From positions 26,268-90,267 of IMG/VR virus record IMGVR_UViG_3300037484_000296: a DNA stretch of 64,000 bases. One strand, 5' to 3'. Each line of letters starts with the position of its first letter. The stretch's first letter is position 1. Below are positions 48,638 through 57,909 of the stretch, piece after piece. Both the position numbers and the translations under genes were made by a program. The notes beneath the pieces were generated by a model that did not search any database, was not told the origin of the DNA, and saw only the letters and a program-made list of their open reading frames with translations. This DNA comes from a virus (taxonomy: Duplodnaviria > Caudoviricetes).

Positions 48638-49099
48638 ATGCAGGATAAAAAAACACAATACAGTGAAAAATTAAAAGATCCGCGTTGGCAGAAAAAACGT
48701 CTTGATATATTACAGAGAGATGGTTGGTTTTGCCAAAAATGTTTTAACAAGGAAGCTACCTTACATGTTCACCACAGAAGATATATTCCAGGACGCGACC
48801 CTTGGGATTATTCAAACCATCTCCTTGTCACACTGTGCGAGGAATGCCATAGCGTTGAACGAGAAGACTGGGATCACAGCGCGGATAGTTTATTAGAGCA
48901 ATTACAGGAAAAATTTTTAGGCGATCAAATTTTCGACTTTGCTTCCGGGATTAACGGTATAGAACTATTGCAGCGCCCTGAAATAGTGTCTGCGGCGTAT
49001 TGTTATGCATTAATAGATATAGAAATGCAGAAATATATACTCCAAAAATATTTTGAATGGATGGAGAGTATTTACGCTAAAAAGGAAGAAAATAAATAG
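48638..49099 (+). CDS. HNH-domain protein
   Basis: LKDPRWQKKR..CQKC..LHVHH..LVTLCEECH. Confidence 0.85.
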   Translation: MQDKKTQYSEKLKDPRWQKKRLDILQRDGWFCQKCFNKEATLHVHHRRYIPGRDPWDYSNHLLVTLCEECHSVEREDWDHSADSLLEQLQEKFLGDQIFDFASGINGIELLQRPEIVSAAYCYALIDIEMQKYILQKYFEWMESIYAKKEENK

Positions 49100-49942
49100 A
49101 TGGCAAGTCCGCAAAAAGAAAACGGATACACCTCTATTGCAAATGAAATAATGGACCGTCTGTGTCGTGTGCGTGTACCTGGGGAGTGGCGACAAGTGCT
49201 GGATTTTATCATCCGTAAAACATATGGGTGGAATAAAACGGAAGATCAAATATCTCTTTCGCAGTTTGTCGATGGAACCGGATTGTCTAAAATTGCTGTT
49301 TGTAAAGCTGTAAATGGTCTAATAAAAATGAATCTTATTACCAAAAAAGGTAACGTTACCCAAAACGGTAACGACTATATTCCAACATACTGTTTTATAA
49401 AGAATTATGAGAAATGGACCCCATTACCCAAAAAGGTAAAGTTACCCAATAGGGTAATCGCCCTTACCGAATTAGGTACGAAGCCATTACCCAATTCACA
49501 GACCACAAAAGACACTATTACAAAAGACACTATTACAAAAGACACTATTACAAAAGACAATAAACCTCGGTCGAAAAAACCGACCGATCCCCGCATAGCG
49601 GAATTCACAAAAAATTATTTTGAAAAATATGAAGCAGAATTTCATATCAAACCTCCATTTTTTGGCAGTCGGGACGGCCCAACGATTAGGCGTATGCTTT
49701 CTAAAATAAGCCTTGAAGAGCTTATCCAAAGCATTGCGCTGTATTTTAAATCTCAGGATCAATTTATAAAAAACAATGCGTATGATATCCCCAGACTAGA
49801 AAAATTTATATCTGGTAAGGCAGTGGGCGGCTATTCAGGAGGCGGCAATGGAAAACTCTACGTTGAGCGACAAGAGGAATACGACAAGCGAAAATACGAA
49901 TCAGCTCTCACAGACCTTGGAGAAACGCCAATACGCAACTAA
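49100..49942 (+). CDS. Replication initiator, lambda O-like
   Basis: MASPQKENGYTSIANEI..FIIRKTYGW N-terminus; internal iterons. Confidence 0.88.
   Translation: MASPQKENGYTSIANEIMDRLCRVRVPGEWRQVLDFIIRKTYGWNKTEDQISLSQFVDGTGLSKIAVCKAVNGLIKMNLITKKGNVTQNGNDYIPTYCFIKNYEKWTPLPKKVKLPNRVIALTELGTKPLPNSQTTKDTITKDTITKDTITKDNKPRSKKPTDPRIAEFTKNYFEKYEAEFHIKPPFFGSRDGPTIRRMLSKISLEELIQSIALYFKSQDQFIKNNAYDIPRLEKFISGKAVGGYSGGGNGKLYVERQEEYDKRKYESALTDLGETPIRN
49338..49559. repeat. Origin: TTACC-N6-GGTAA iterons plus 15-bp tandem repeat
   Basis: Iterons at 49338, 49356, 49424, 49442, 49464; ACAAAAGACACTATT x3.7 at 49505-49559. Confidence 0.85.
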
Positions 49943-50408
49943 TTGGGTCCGCTTTATAGAAAACTTTCTCGGGCTAAGACTGGCGGACGATCAAGTTAAA
50001 ACCTGGGTTGTGTCCCTTGAGAGATATGAGAACTGGCGTCTCGATGAATTGATTAATTTCCGACTGAACGAAGAGGGGCGCGGTAGAACATTGGCCGATG
50101 TTTGTCGGTTTCTCGATGCGCTCATGCCCCATCCAGAAAGAGAATCCGTGCGTGAGGATACGGGGTATAAGCAAATAACCGAAGAGCCCGAAAGTAAAAT
50201 TTCGGAAAGAACCCAGCTTGCCCGCGATGTAAACGCGCATATTCAGCGCATGATTTCATTTATCGGAGATGGAAAATTAACCGAAGAGTCTCTTTCCGAG
50301 AAAAGACGCGTTGAATATGCAGGACTGCAAGAACTACATGAAAAATATCCTCACGCTGGCTTTAATCGTGTGATGAAAGAATCGCGGTTTAACAAAATCC
50401 CGGCCTGA
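49848..50408 (+). CDS. Hypothetical protein (helicase-loader position)
   Basis: Directly follows the O-like gene; true start uncertain. Confidence 0.45.
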   Translation: MENSTLSDKRNTTSENTNQLSQTLEKRQYATNWVRFIENFLGLRLADDQVKTWVVSLERYENWRLDELINFRLNEEGRGRTLADVCRFLDALMPHPERESVREDTGYKQITEEPESKISERTQLARDVNAHIQRMISFIGDGKLTEESLSEKRRVEYAGLQELHEKYPHAGFNRVMKESRFNKIPA

Positions 50409-50615
50409 TCGGTAAAACAGGAGAAAGCACACGATTCAGAAAAGCAAAAACGTAACATCTCGGGGCCGGTTGGGATGCAGCCGGTCCCAAACAAACGACG
50501 GCGTGCATCCCGTGGAACTCGGGAGATTTTCGGGAATGAAATATAAGCCGAGCCGTCATTTTAACACGCGGGTAACACGCGACGCGAAGCGGCGTCGTAG
50601 TTGACCCTGCTGGTT

Positions 50616-51032
50616 ATGCCCGCAGGGTTCAGAGGACCTAAATTGAAAGATAGATATTGGTTAACACCAAACGGGGTATATGCACCATTGAACGAGGAGT
50701 TTTCTTTTGACTTTGATCCATGTCCGTGTCCGAAGCCGGACGGGTACAACAGCCTAAGCGTCGAATGGGGAAAGATGAATTACGTCAATCCACCGTTTCG
50801 TCGAGAAGACGGGAACGGCGTAGGACCTACCGCCTTCGCCCGGAAAGCTATAGAGGAAAAGAAAAACGGAAAATCATCAGTGCTTTTGTTACCCGTGCAG
50901 TCATACGTCAATCTGCTGTTGGAGGCGGGAGCAGAGTTGCGGTCCTTGGGCCGAGTAAAATGGATAGAGGTCGAGACGGGCAAAGAATGTCCGCACCCGT
51001 CACCGACGTGCTGTTTTGTTCTGCGGGCATAA
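50616..51032 (+). CDS. Phage DNA N6-adenine methyltransferase (Dam-type), cassette 1
   Basis: YWLTP..FDFDPCP..YVNPPF. Confidence 0.85.
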   Translation: MPAGFRGPKLKDRYWLTPNGVYAPLNEEFSFDFDPCPCPKPDGYNSLSVEWGKMNYVNPPFRREDGNGVGPTAFARKAIEEKKNGKSSVLLLPVQSYVNLLLEAGAELRSLGRVKWIEVETGKECPHPSPTCCFVLRA

Positions 51033-51104
51033 CGTGCGCGTGTGGGGCTCGTCGTTTGCGTCCCGCACGACGCCGCTTGTTAGACGGATTTTTAGGAGAA
51101 AACC

Positions 51105-51479
51105 ATGTGGGAAAATATTGATCCAAAAAACGACGACGCTCATTATTCCGTCATGCGAAAACAACGAGGCGTTGGAGGCATGACCGCATTGCGCGGGATG
51201 TTCCCGAACGCCGAGGCCGATAATATGAATCTGGTTTTGTTCTCAACGTCAGGCGTTCACGGAACATATAACACCATCGAGGAAGCAGAGGCAACGATTA
51301 ACGGCATTCCCCACGAAGGTGGACAATTTGCCGAGGTAACTTTTTTAATAGTGCATCCTCGGCTCGTGGCGTTGCGATACGGCGTCTGCAATCCGAAGAA
51401 TCAAAAAGACATTGATTATCTAAAGAAGCTGAGAGCCAGCAGTCATGCGGTATTGGCGAAGGTTGGTTTAAACGTCTAA
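51105..51479 (+). CDS. Hypothetical protein, cassette 2
   Basis: RBS AGGAG; stop in GTCTAAC. Confidence 0.75.
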   Translation: MWENIDPKNDDAHYSVMRKQRGVGGMTALRGMFPNAEADNMNLVLFSTSGVHGTYNTIEEAEATINGIPHEGGQFAEVTFLIVHPRLVALRYGVCNPKNQKDIDYLKKLRASSHAVLAKVGLNV

Positions 51480-51536
51480 CGACCCAGCTGAACCGCCCCG
51501 GCGGTATTTTGCCGGGGACGGTTTCGAGCCCGATGG

Positions 51537-51935
51537 TTAGGCCCGCTTTTTACGGGGTCTGCCTTTCGGGTAGCCACCGAGTTTTCCGTTTTCAGCAGAG
51601 GTGAGCGCTTTTGTAGGAGAGGTTGATGATCCACCGAGACGACCGAGTTCAGACCGATACTGAAACCCTGCCAGTGTTTTCATTGCCTGTTGGATATTCT
51701 GGCCATCGACGCCAGCCCGATAGCCGAGGCCGCGCATTTTGCGGGATGGGTCCGAATCGTCAGCGAGAGACAGCCAGAGTTTGTGTTCCGCTGCGGTCCC
51801 GAATTTATCGCCGTGTTTGTTGCGACGGAGGCCGCGCTGATAGCCGGTCCAGAACTCCTGCTCGTCGGGATCAGAAGAAAGGCGGCGGAACGTGTCCGCC
51901 GCCGTCATGTTGGTTTGAAAATCAGCGTTACGCAT
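51537..51935 (-). CDS. Putative DNA-binding protein, cassette 3
   Basis: C-terminal GRLGG..SAENGKLGGYPKGRPRKK. Confidence 0.6.
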   Translation of the reverse strand: MRNADFQTNMTAADTFRRLSSDPDEQEFWTGYQRGLRRNKHGDKFGTAAEHKLWLSLADDSDPSRKMRGLGYRAGVDGQNIQQAMKTLAGFQYRSELGRLGGSSTSPTKALTSAENGKLGGYPKGRPRKKRA

Positions 51936-52230
51936 TGGCATACTCTCTCTCAAATTCACGCTCAGACATTACGTTTTTTACTATTTCGGTGGTTACTAAT
52001 TCTCCGTCGAGATGTTCCAACAGAGTTGACAGGCGGGCATTATTAGCGATGGCATTCCGAACCAATTTTACCAGATCAGCCAATGCCGCCTCGAACTCGG
52101 CATTTTCATCGTCGATTGACGGCATCCCGGAAATCATGCCCATTCTATATCCAGCGATTTTCCGAACGTCAGCGCGAGCCTGTTCTAATCTGGTTACTGC
52201 GGAGTCGATTTTTGCATAATTGGTTTTCAT
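51928..52230 (-). CDS. Hypothetical helical protein, cassette 3
   Basis: RBS AGGAGG; own promoter. Confidence 0.65.
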   Translation of the reverse strand: MKTNYAKIDSAVTRLEQARADVRKIAGYRMGMISGMPSIDDENAEFEAALADLVKLVRNAIANNARLSTLLEHLDGELVTTEIVKNVMSEREFEREYANA

Positions 52231-52277
52231 ATTGCCTCCTGAGCGGGTTGACCGCCTGTTTTGTTCTACCTGAGAAC

Positions 52278-52306
52278 AGTATACCAAACCCGGTTAGGTT
52301 TGTCAA
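52278..52306 (-). promoter_or_regulatory. Cassette-internal sigma70 promoter
   Basis: TTGACA-17 bp-TATACT. Confidence 0.8.
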
Positions 52307-52441
52307 GGGGAAAAGTAAAATATTTTTTCGATTGCAAAAGAATGCAACTCAGGCCGGTTTGAGGGCCTAACATGTAAGTCAGCCGCCGTCCTTTTTGGAC
52401 GGCTGGACTGACTGGTTATCTAATTTTAATGGAGAAGAATT

Positions 52442-52687
52442 TTGGCAAAGAGCGTTTGGATGATCGAAAAAACAATTGATGGCGTTCCTCATTGGTGGAT
52501 ACGCAAACCGGATCAATATGGATATTGGGACGATTCGGACAGATGGACAACGGATCCGAACAAAGCCAGACATTACAGCGAACAGTGGGAAGCAATTCAT
52601 GTAATAGGTTCGGATATGGTTGGGTGTGTTGCCACCGAGCATGTGTTTATGGATCAGGGGTCGCAGGTCCAGGAATCTGCGGAGTAA
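52442..52687 (+). CDS. Trp-rich hypothetical protein, cassette 4
   Basis: RBS GGAG, TTG start. Confidence 0.65.
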   Translation: MAKSVWMIEKTIDGVPHWWIRKPDQYGYWDDSDRWTTDPNKARHYSEQWEAIHVIGSDMVGCVATEHVFMDQGSQVQESAE

Positions 52688-52810
52688 ACGGCAATCAAAC
52701 CTTATATTGCCACCCCTGATTTTACAGATAACGCGGCGCTGACCTGCCGCAGCGAAGCGAAGGCCAGTGTCGAGCGTCCTGGTTGTGACCGGGGGATCAG
52801 AAAGGATATC

Positions 52811-53116
52811 ATGAAAAATTGCAAACATCTCTTGCTCGTAGAGCCGGAATATTTACCGGGGAAATCATTTTGCGATAGCTGTGGCGATCTTGTAAATACG
52901 GTAAAAATTAACAATGACTATCTTCGGGTATCATATAACAGTGACAAAGAGGAGCTAACGATAAGCCATATTGTCTCCGATAGCGGCTGGAAAATAGTTG
53001 CCAATGCCAGCGGTAAGTTTCATGTTTTCGAGGTGCAAATGGATCAGGATGACCATTGGGAAGCGACATGTCCGACAATTGTAGAGGCAATGGCAATAGT
53101 CTCTAAGTGGTCATAA
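52811..53116 (+). CDS. Hypothetical protein, cassette 5
   Basis: RBS AAAGGA; stop in TCATAAC. Confidence 0.7.
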   Translation: MKNCKHLLLVEPEYLPGKSFCDSCGDLVNTVKINNDYLRVSYNSDKEELTISHIVSDSGWKIVANASGKFHVFEVQMDQDDHWEATCPTIVEAMAIVSKWS

Positions 53117-53187
53117 CATGTAAGTCAGCCGCCGTCCTTTTTGGACGGCTGGACTGACCGGTTATAATTTTTTCGTCGGAGGCAACA

Positions 53188-53496
53188 TTGAATACTCAAT
53201 TTGATTGGCAAGGTCTTTTAAAAGCTCAACAAGAAGTGTCGAAGGCGCATGTAATGCCGTTGCCTCATTTTTCTGCGTGTTCCGTGTGCCTCGGATCAAA
53301 TACGCCTGGACAAAGATCGTATCCAGCGGGCGCATGGTGCTGTGGTTTATGGTGCGATGGTTTTGTCGGATATTCTAATCTCGCGTTTGGTTTCTGCGAA
53401 CGATTTAAATTATGCGAAGAATCATTGCAAGTGCTCGTTTACAAAGTACGACCCAAACCGGAGCAACCAGCATCATATAAGGCAGAAAAATTATAA
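53188..53496 (+). CDS. Cys-rich hypothetical protein, cassette 6
   Basis: RBS GGAGG, TTG start; stop in TTATAAT. Confidence 0.55.
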   Translation: MNTQFDWQGLLKAQQEVSKAHVMPLPHFSACSVCLGSNTPGQRSYPAGAWCCGLWCDGFVGYSNLAFGFCERFKLCEESLQVLVYKVRPKPEQPASYKAEKL

Positions 53497-53668
53497 TGCC
53501 AGCATGAGCGGCGGAGCGCAGCGTAGTCCGTCTCCATGCTCTGGTTGAAAGGGGGTGATTATAAAATGGGAAAGACAACCAAGAAAACATCAAAGAAGAA
53601 AACAAGCGGGAAGCCCAGCAAGGAAATGCCGGGGAAGATGTGCTAGGCAGTGCTCATTTGTAGTAAGA

Positions 53669-53695
53669 GCCGGGGTGAATAGCCCCGGTTGTTTT
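53669..53695 (+). terminator. Rho-independent terminator
   Basis: GCCGGGG/CCCCGGT plus TGTTTT. Confidence 0.6.
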
Positions 53696-54274
53696 AAAGG
53701 GGGGCAAATTGATTTATGACAACTGGAAGCAAATAGCTGATTATTGGCTGTGTTCGATCAATACGGCGAAGAAGCACAGTAAAACGATTGACGATACGGA
53801 AATATTCTATGTTGCATTGGTGACCCGTAGGCCGCATCTGGACAGCGAAAGGTATGAGACCAAATACGGGAGCCCTAGAAGTTCCCCGTAGGGCCTTACC
53901 GTTCGTTTCACCCCGCCTTAAAAGTAGGGCCGCAAACCATGCGGGCTACTGCCAACCTTTCTCAATTCCCCATTTGACGATTTTGACGATTTTGACGGCT
54001 TATTTTTTTGGTCAATACATGAAATAATACCAGCATATAGCTATAGGGCCTTAATTGCGTTTGTAGTTTACATGTTCAAAAAAATTAAAATCTATGTCGC
54101 AAGAGATCAAAATAACAAGACAAAACGCCCTCCGCGTTCTTAGGACCGCGCAGCCACTTACCCCAGAGATCCGGCAGCAGTGCGAGAACGCGAGGAAAGG
54201 ATAGCGTGGGCAAAAATTAATCTTCGCACGATTTAAAATAAGCCATTCTCGCAAGTAAAGGCATAGCAAGATAA

Positions 54275-54853
54275 TTGGCTGAATTGTGGTTGGTGGAGAA
54301 AGGGATACAAGGGATTGTGTTAGAACAGAAAAAAAAGAAGGGAAAAATAAAAAAGAATCTAAGGGAAGAGCGGTTTCCCTATGAGTATGTCATTGATTTA
54401 AATGGTCAAAAAGCCGCTGAACGCTGCGGAGTAGCAAAGGCAGGTGCGAGAGTATGGGCGTCTCGTACTCTATCAAAGCCTAACGTTCAAGCCAAAATCA
54501 AGGAGTTACAGGAGAAAAAGAACCAAACAGCTTTAATGTCTGCGGAAGAAGCCGACCGCCGATTGACATGGTTGGCGCGGGTGAACTTCAAGGATTTGGT
54601 GGACAACGAAGACAATGCTAGGCCCATGAGTGAGTTGACAGAGGAACAAGCCTACTGCCTCAAGGAAGTCACGTTCATCGAGACGCAGCTTGGAACTCAC
54701 CGGAAGGTTAAGGTCACAGATCCACATGCAGCGCTCCGGACGGTATTCGAACGACGCGGGATGTTGAAGCAGGTGCAAGAGGTAGTAACAGAATCATACC
54801 CTGATCGAATCAAGCGGCTCGAAAAAGAATCAAAAGAAGCATCGGAGAAATAA
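54275..54853 (+). CDS. terS: Terminase small subunit
   Basis: EYVIDLNGQKAAERCG..LSKPNVQAKIKEL; coupled to terL. Confidence 0.88.
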   Translation: MAELWLVEKGIQGIVLEQKKKKGKIKKNLREERFPYEYVIDLNGQKAAERCGVAKAGARVWASRTLSKPNVQAKIKELQEKKNQTALMSAEEADRRLTWLARVNFKDLVDNEDNARPMSELTEEQAYCLKEVTFIETQLGTHRKVKVTDPHAALRTVFERRGMLKQVQEVVTESYPDRIKRLEKESKEASEK

Positions 54854-56637
54854 TGGCACCTGTGGCGACGGAAGAAAATATATCTGTTCAATCTGAAGAG
54901 CAGATTAAAGCAACATTCGAGCGTCGCCTGCGGGCCTCATATGAGTATTATTCCAAGCGTATTATTCGCATTAAAAACAAACTATCCCAACTAGTCCCAC
55001 TCGAAAGAAATACTGTCCAAAAAATCGTTGAAGAAATAGAGCAAGATATCCGAAAGAGTGGCCGGCTTGTAAGAATTATCATGCTGAAAGGCCGTCAGTT
55101 TGGTATTTCGACCGACCGGCTGGCGAAAAACTATTGGCGCACGTCAACCAATTCTCACAAAACCGCGATGTTTGTCACGCAGGAACCAAAGGCGACCGCT
55201 CACCTATTTGGCATTGTTAAGCGGATGCACGAGAACATACCGCTGATAGAATGGAAGCCGGACATTAAATATTCAAACGCCTCTGAACTGGTTTTTGCCG
55301 GGATCGACTCGGCAATCCGCGTCGGAACGGCGGGGACCGATAACGTAGGAACCTCACAGACAATCAATTATCTCCATCTGTCCGAGCTCGCAAAATACCC
55401 AAAGCATACCGCGAAATCAATCCTCACATCTATTCTTCAGTGCGTTCCTAAATCAGACCCAGAATCAGAGGTCTTTATAGAATCCACCGCGTTCGGGATC
55501 GGGAATGAATTCTACGAACGTTTCATAGGAGCGAGGTACGTTTATACCGTATATCTGTATAAGGGCAAGCCCGCATGGAAAATGGTAATAAACGAGAAGG
55601 CCGATAAAGATAACGCCTACTCAAGCATTTTCATCCCGTGGTTCTGCCATGGCGAATATGTGCGTGATCCTGAGCCGGGATTTACCCGGACGGAAAAAGA
55701 ACAGGCCCTTGTCGCCCTGCATGGCATTAACGATGCCCATCTCGCATGGAGAAGGGACACGATAGCGAACGAGTGCGGCGGGAGTGAAGAAGAGTTTGAG
55801 CAGGAATACGCCACCACTCCGGAAAGCGCATTCCTTGGTAGCGGTCGCCCGGTGTTCCCCACTCAGAAGATAGCCCTCCAAAAGAAAGCAATAGAAGAGC
55901 TTCAGGCGACAAAGGACAATCGCAAGTTTTATTCGTGTCTGTTGTCGAACGGGCAATGGATGTCTACAACTCCTGAGATGGGGAAGACGGATAGTTTGCT
56001 GGTCGTCTATGAAGAACCTAAGCCGGGCATGGCCTACGTTGTCAGTGGGGACGTAGCAGAAGGACTTGAGAAGGGCGATTTCGATTCTCTGCATGTTGTT
56101 GAGCAACTTTCCGGAAAGGACGCGGCAACGTGGCACGGCCATATTGACCCAGATTTGTTCGGGACGCTCATGTACCACGTCGGGAAGCGCTACAACATAG
56201 CATGGGTTGCTCCCGAAAGAAATAATCACGGCAATACGACCGTAACGAAACTGGTCAACATGGATTATCCGAACATCTACGTTGAAACCGTGATCGAGCC
56301 TCCGAATAAACCAAGAAAGCGTTACGGTTGGTTTACTGGAAGATCCAAGACGGCCAAAGGAGGACTGATCGACGCGCTTGTTGCCGAGTATCGAGATCAT
56401 CCCCAGAATTTCAGAGACGCGGAAACGCTCGGAGAAATGCTTACGTTTGCCCATCAAGACGACGGCGGGATGGAAGCCGTCCAGGGAAAGTTTGACGACC
56501 GGGTGATCAGCAGGGCTATTGCCAATTATGTGCGTGGGAGATTGCCACTTCCTTCAAGCAATTCAGTAACGCAAGCTGGAATTTTGGGACCGTCATCGGT
56601 TTCCTCCAAGAAACCCCCGGCGAGTGCGTATACGTAG
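54853..56637 (+). CDS. terL: Terminase large subunit
   Basis: LKGRQFGIST, LHLSE, FIESTA, GDVAEG, FDDRVIS. Confidence 0.95.
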   Translation: MAPVATEENISVQSEEQIKATFERRLRASYEYYSKRIIRIKNKLSQLVPLERNTVQKIVEEIEQDIRKSGRLVRIIMLKGRQFGISTDRLAKNYWRTSTNSHKTAMFVTQEPKATAHLFGIVKRMHENIPLIEWKPDIKYSNASELVFAGIDSAIRVGTAGTDNVGTSQTINYLHLSELAKYPKHTAKSILTSILQCVPKSDPESEVFIESTAFGIGNEFYERFIGARYVYTVYLYKGKPAWKMVINEKADKDNAYSSIFIPWFCHGEYVRDPEPGFTRTEKEQALVALHGINDAHLAWRRDTIANECGGSEEEFEQEYATTPESAFLGSGRPVFPTQKIALQKKAIEELQATKDNRKFYSCLLSNGQWMSTTPEMGKTDSLLVVYEEPKPGMAYVVSGDVAEGLEKGDFDSLHVVEQLSGKDAATWHGHIDPDLFGTLMYHVGKRYNIAWVAPERNNHGNTTVTKLVNMDYPNIYVETVIEPPNKPRKRYGWFTGRSKTAKGGLIDALVAEYRDHPQNFRDAETLGEMLTFAHQDDGGMEAVQGKFDDRVISRAIANYVRGRLPLPSSNSVTQAGILGPSSVSSKKPPASAYT

Positions 56638-56691
56638 CAGAGTGTGAAGGCGCGGAAAGAGGCGGGAAGAAAGGAAGGGACGGTAATAAAA

Positions 56692-57534
56692 ATGATAATA
56701 GCCGGGATAATTTTAGTTGCAATATGCATGTTTATAGTCGGGTATTTATTCCGAGGATGGATAGACAAAGAGCGGCGGGAACTTGATGCCGCTATAGCTA
56801 CTTCGTCCACTGCCTTCATAAACACGCTTAAATCATTGTCTGATTTACAGGCGCCGGAATATAAGCCCGCGACAGAGCAAGCGCCCGTATCCGAAACCGT
56901 CGATTGCGCTACCTGCGGCTGTACGATCAAAAAAGAACTAGCAGCTGAGGGAGGGTCATGGATTAAAACAACGCCACAGTTTATCGTCGTAGATTATGCG
57001 GGCAATCCGATAAAGCAAAAAAAGGAGATAGTCACTCCCTACTACTGCAAGCGCTGTGCGCCGAAGCAGGAAGAGGCGAAGACGACAGAACAGGTAAGCG
57101 ATCAACCCAAGCCCCGCGATTACAGGGTAATGTGCGCAGAGGCGCGAAGCATTATATATCGCAGGTTGCCTAAGTTGTGGAGGACAACCTATAAAAATAA
57201 AATTCTACGCAAGGGCGATACGGCGGTGATTGGAGGGGAACTTTTTCAGAAACCCATAGCGCTTGTTTGCGACAAATCATTTACGGTCGCTTTTTTTGCA
57301 GACGCATACGATTTAGCTCAAATAATATCAGAGCAATTAATGGAGGATGAAGTATTCAGCGCGGCATTTTCCCCAGATATTGGCGGGACGTTGATGGATA
57401 CCGCTTCTGGAACCAGCATGTTTATGAATCGTTCGTCCATCGCTTTTGCTATGGATGTAATTCTACGCAATGACTGTGAGGCCGAGGTTTTTTACGGGTG
57501 CCAGCCGATTAAGGCAGAAGGGAAATCAAAATAA
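56692..57534 (+). CDS. Membrane-anchored hypothetical protein
   Basis: N-terminal TM; CxxC pairs. Confidence 0.55.
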   Translation: MIIAGIILVAICMFIVGYLFRGWIDKERRELDAAIATSSTAFINTLKSLSDLQAPEYKPATEQAPVSETVDCATCGCTIKKELAAEGGSWIKTTPQFIVVDYAGNPIKQKKEIVTPYYCKRCAPKQEEAKTTEQVSDQPKPRDYRVMCAEARSIIYRRLPKLWRTTYKNKILRKGDTAVIGGELFQKPIALVCDKSFTVAFFADAYDLAQIISEQLMEDEVFSAAFSPDIGGTLMDTASGTSMFMNRSSIAFAMDVILRNDCEAEVFYGCQPIKAEGKSK

Positions 57535-57909
57535 ATGTTTATAAGCAGGAAGGAATTTGAAGCAATTCTTGCAAGAATAAGCACGGTAGAAGTAAATTTG
57601 AAACGGGTTGCCGAGCTGCATAAGGACGACAAGTTACGATGGAATGGCGATGCATTATTCCACATAAGTCACGATAAGGTATTTGAGGACGTGAAAGCAG
57701 TTTTATCGGCAATCTTGAAAACAGAAGTGCAGAAAGAATTGTCCGGCGCAGATCGGGCTAAAAAGAAAGACAACATAACTGCGGTAGACCGCCAAATAGA
57801 GGAATCGTCTGGCATACCCGCGCCGGAAGTGGCATGGCTTCGAGAAAGCATTAAAACTTCCATTCTTGACGCGCTGAAGAAAAATAAAGCAGAAAGGAAA
57901 AAGAAATGA
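57535..57909 (+). CDS. Hypothetical protein
   Basis: Tiling. Confidence 0.55.
   Translation: MFISRKEFEAILARISTVEVNLKRVAELHKDDKLRWNGDALFHISHDKVFEDVKAVLSAILKTEVQKELSGADRAKKKDNITAVDRQIEESSGIPAPEVAWLRESIKTSILDALKKNKAERKKK

Larger units (their letters stand above)
50559..53550 (+). mobile_element. Integron-like cassette array (7 attC sites, no integron integrase)
   Basis: attC at 50559, 51027, 51474, 52365, 52726, 53111, 53491; cassette-end boxes complementary. Confidence 0.85.

Noticed and set aside
48611-48640. Hammerhead-like CTGATGAG
   Set aside because: No stem II or GAAA; the region is simply an RBS spacer
49505-49559. CRISPR or mini-array
   Set aside because: Tandem repeat without spacers inside a CDS; no CRISPR array or cas genes seen in the window
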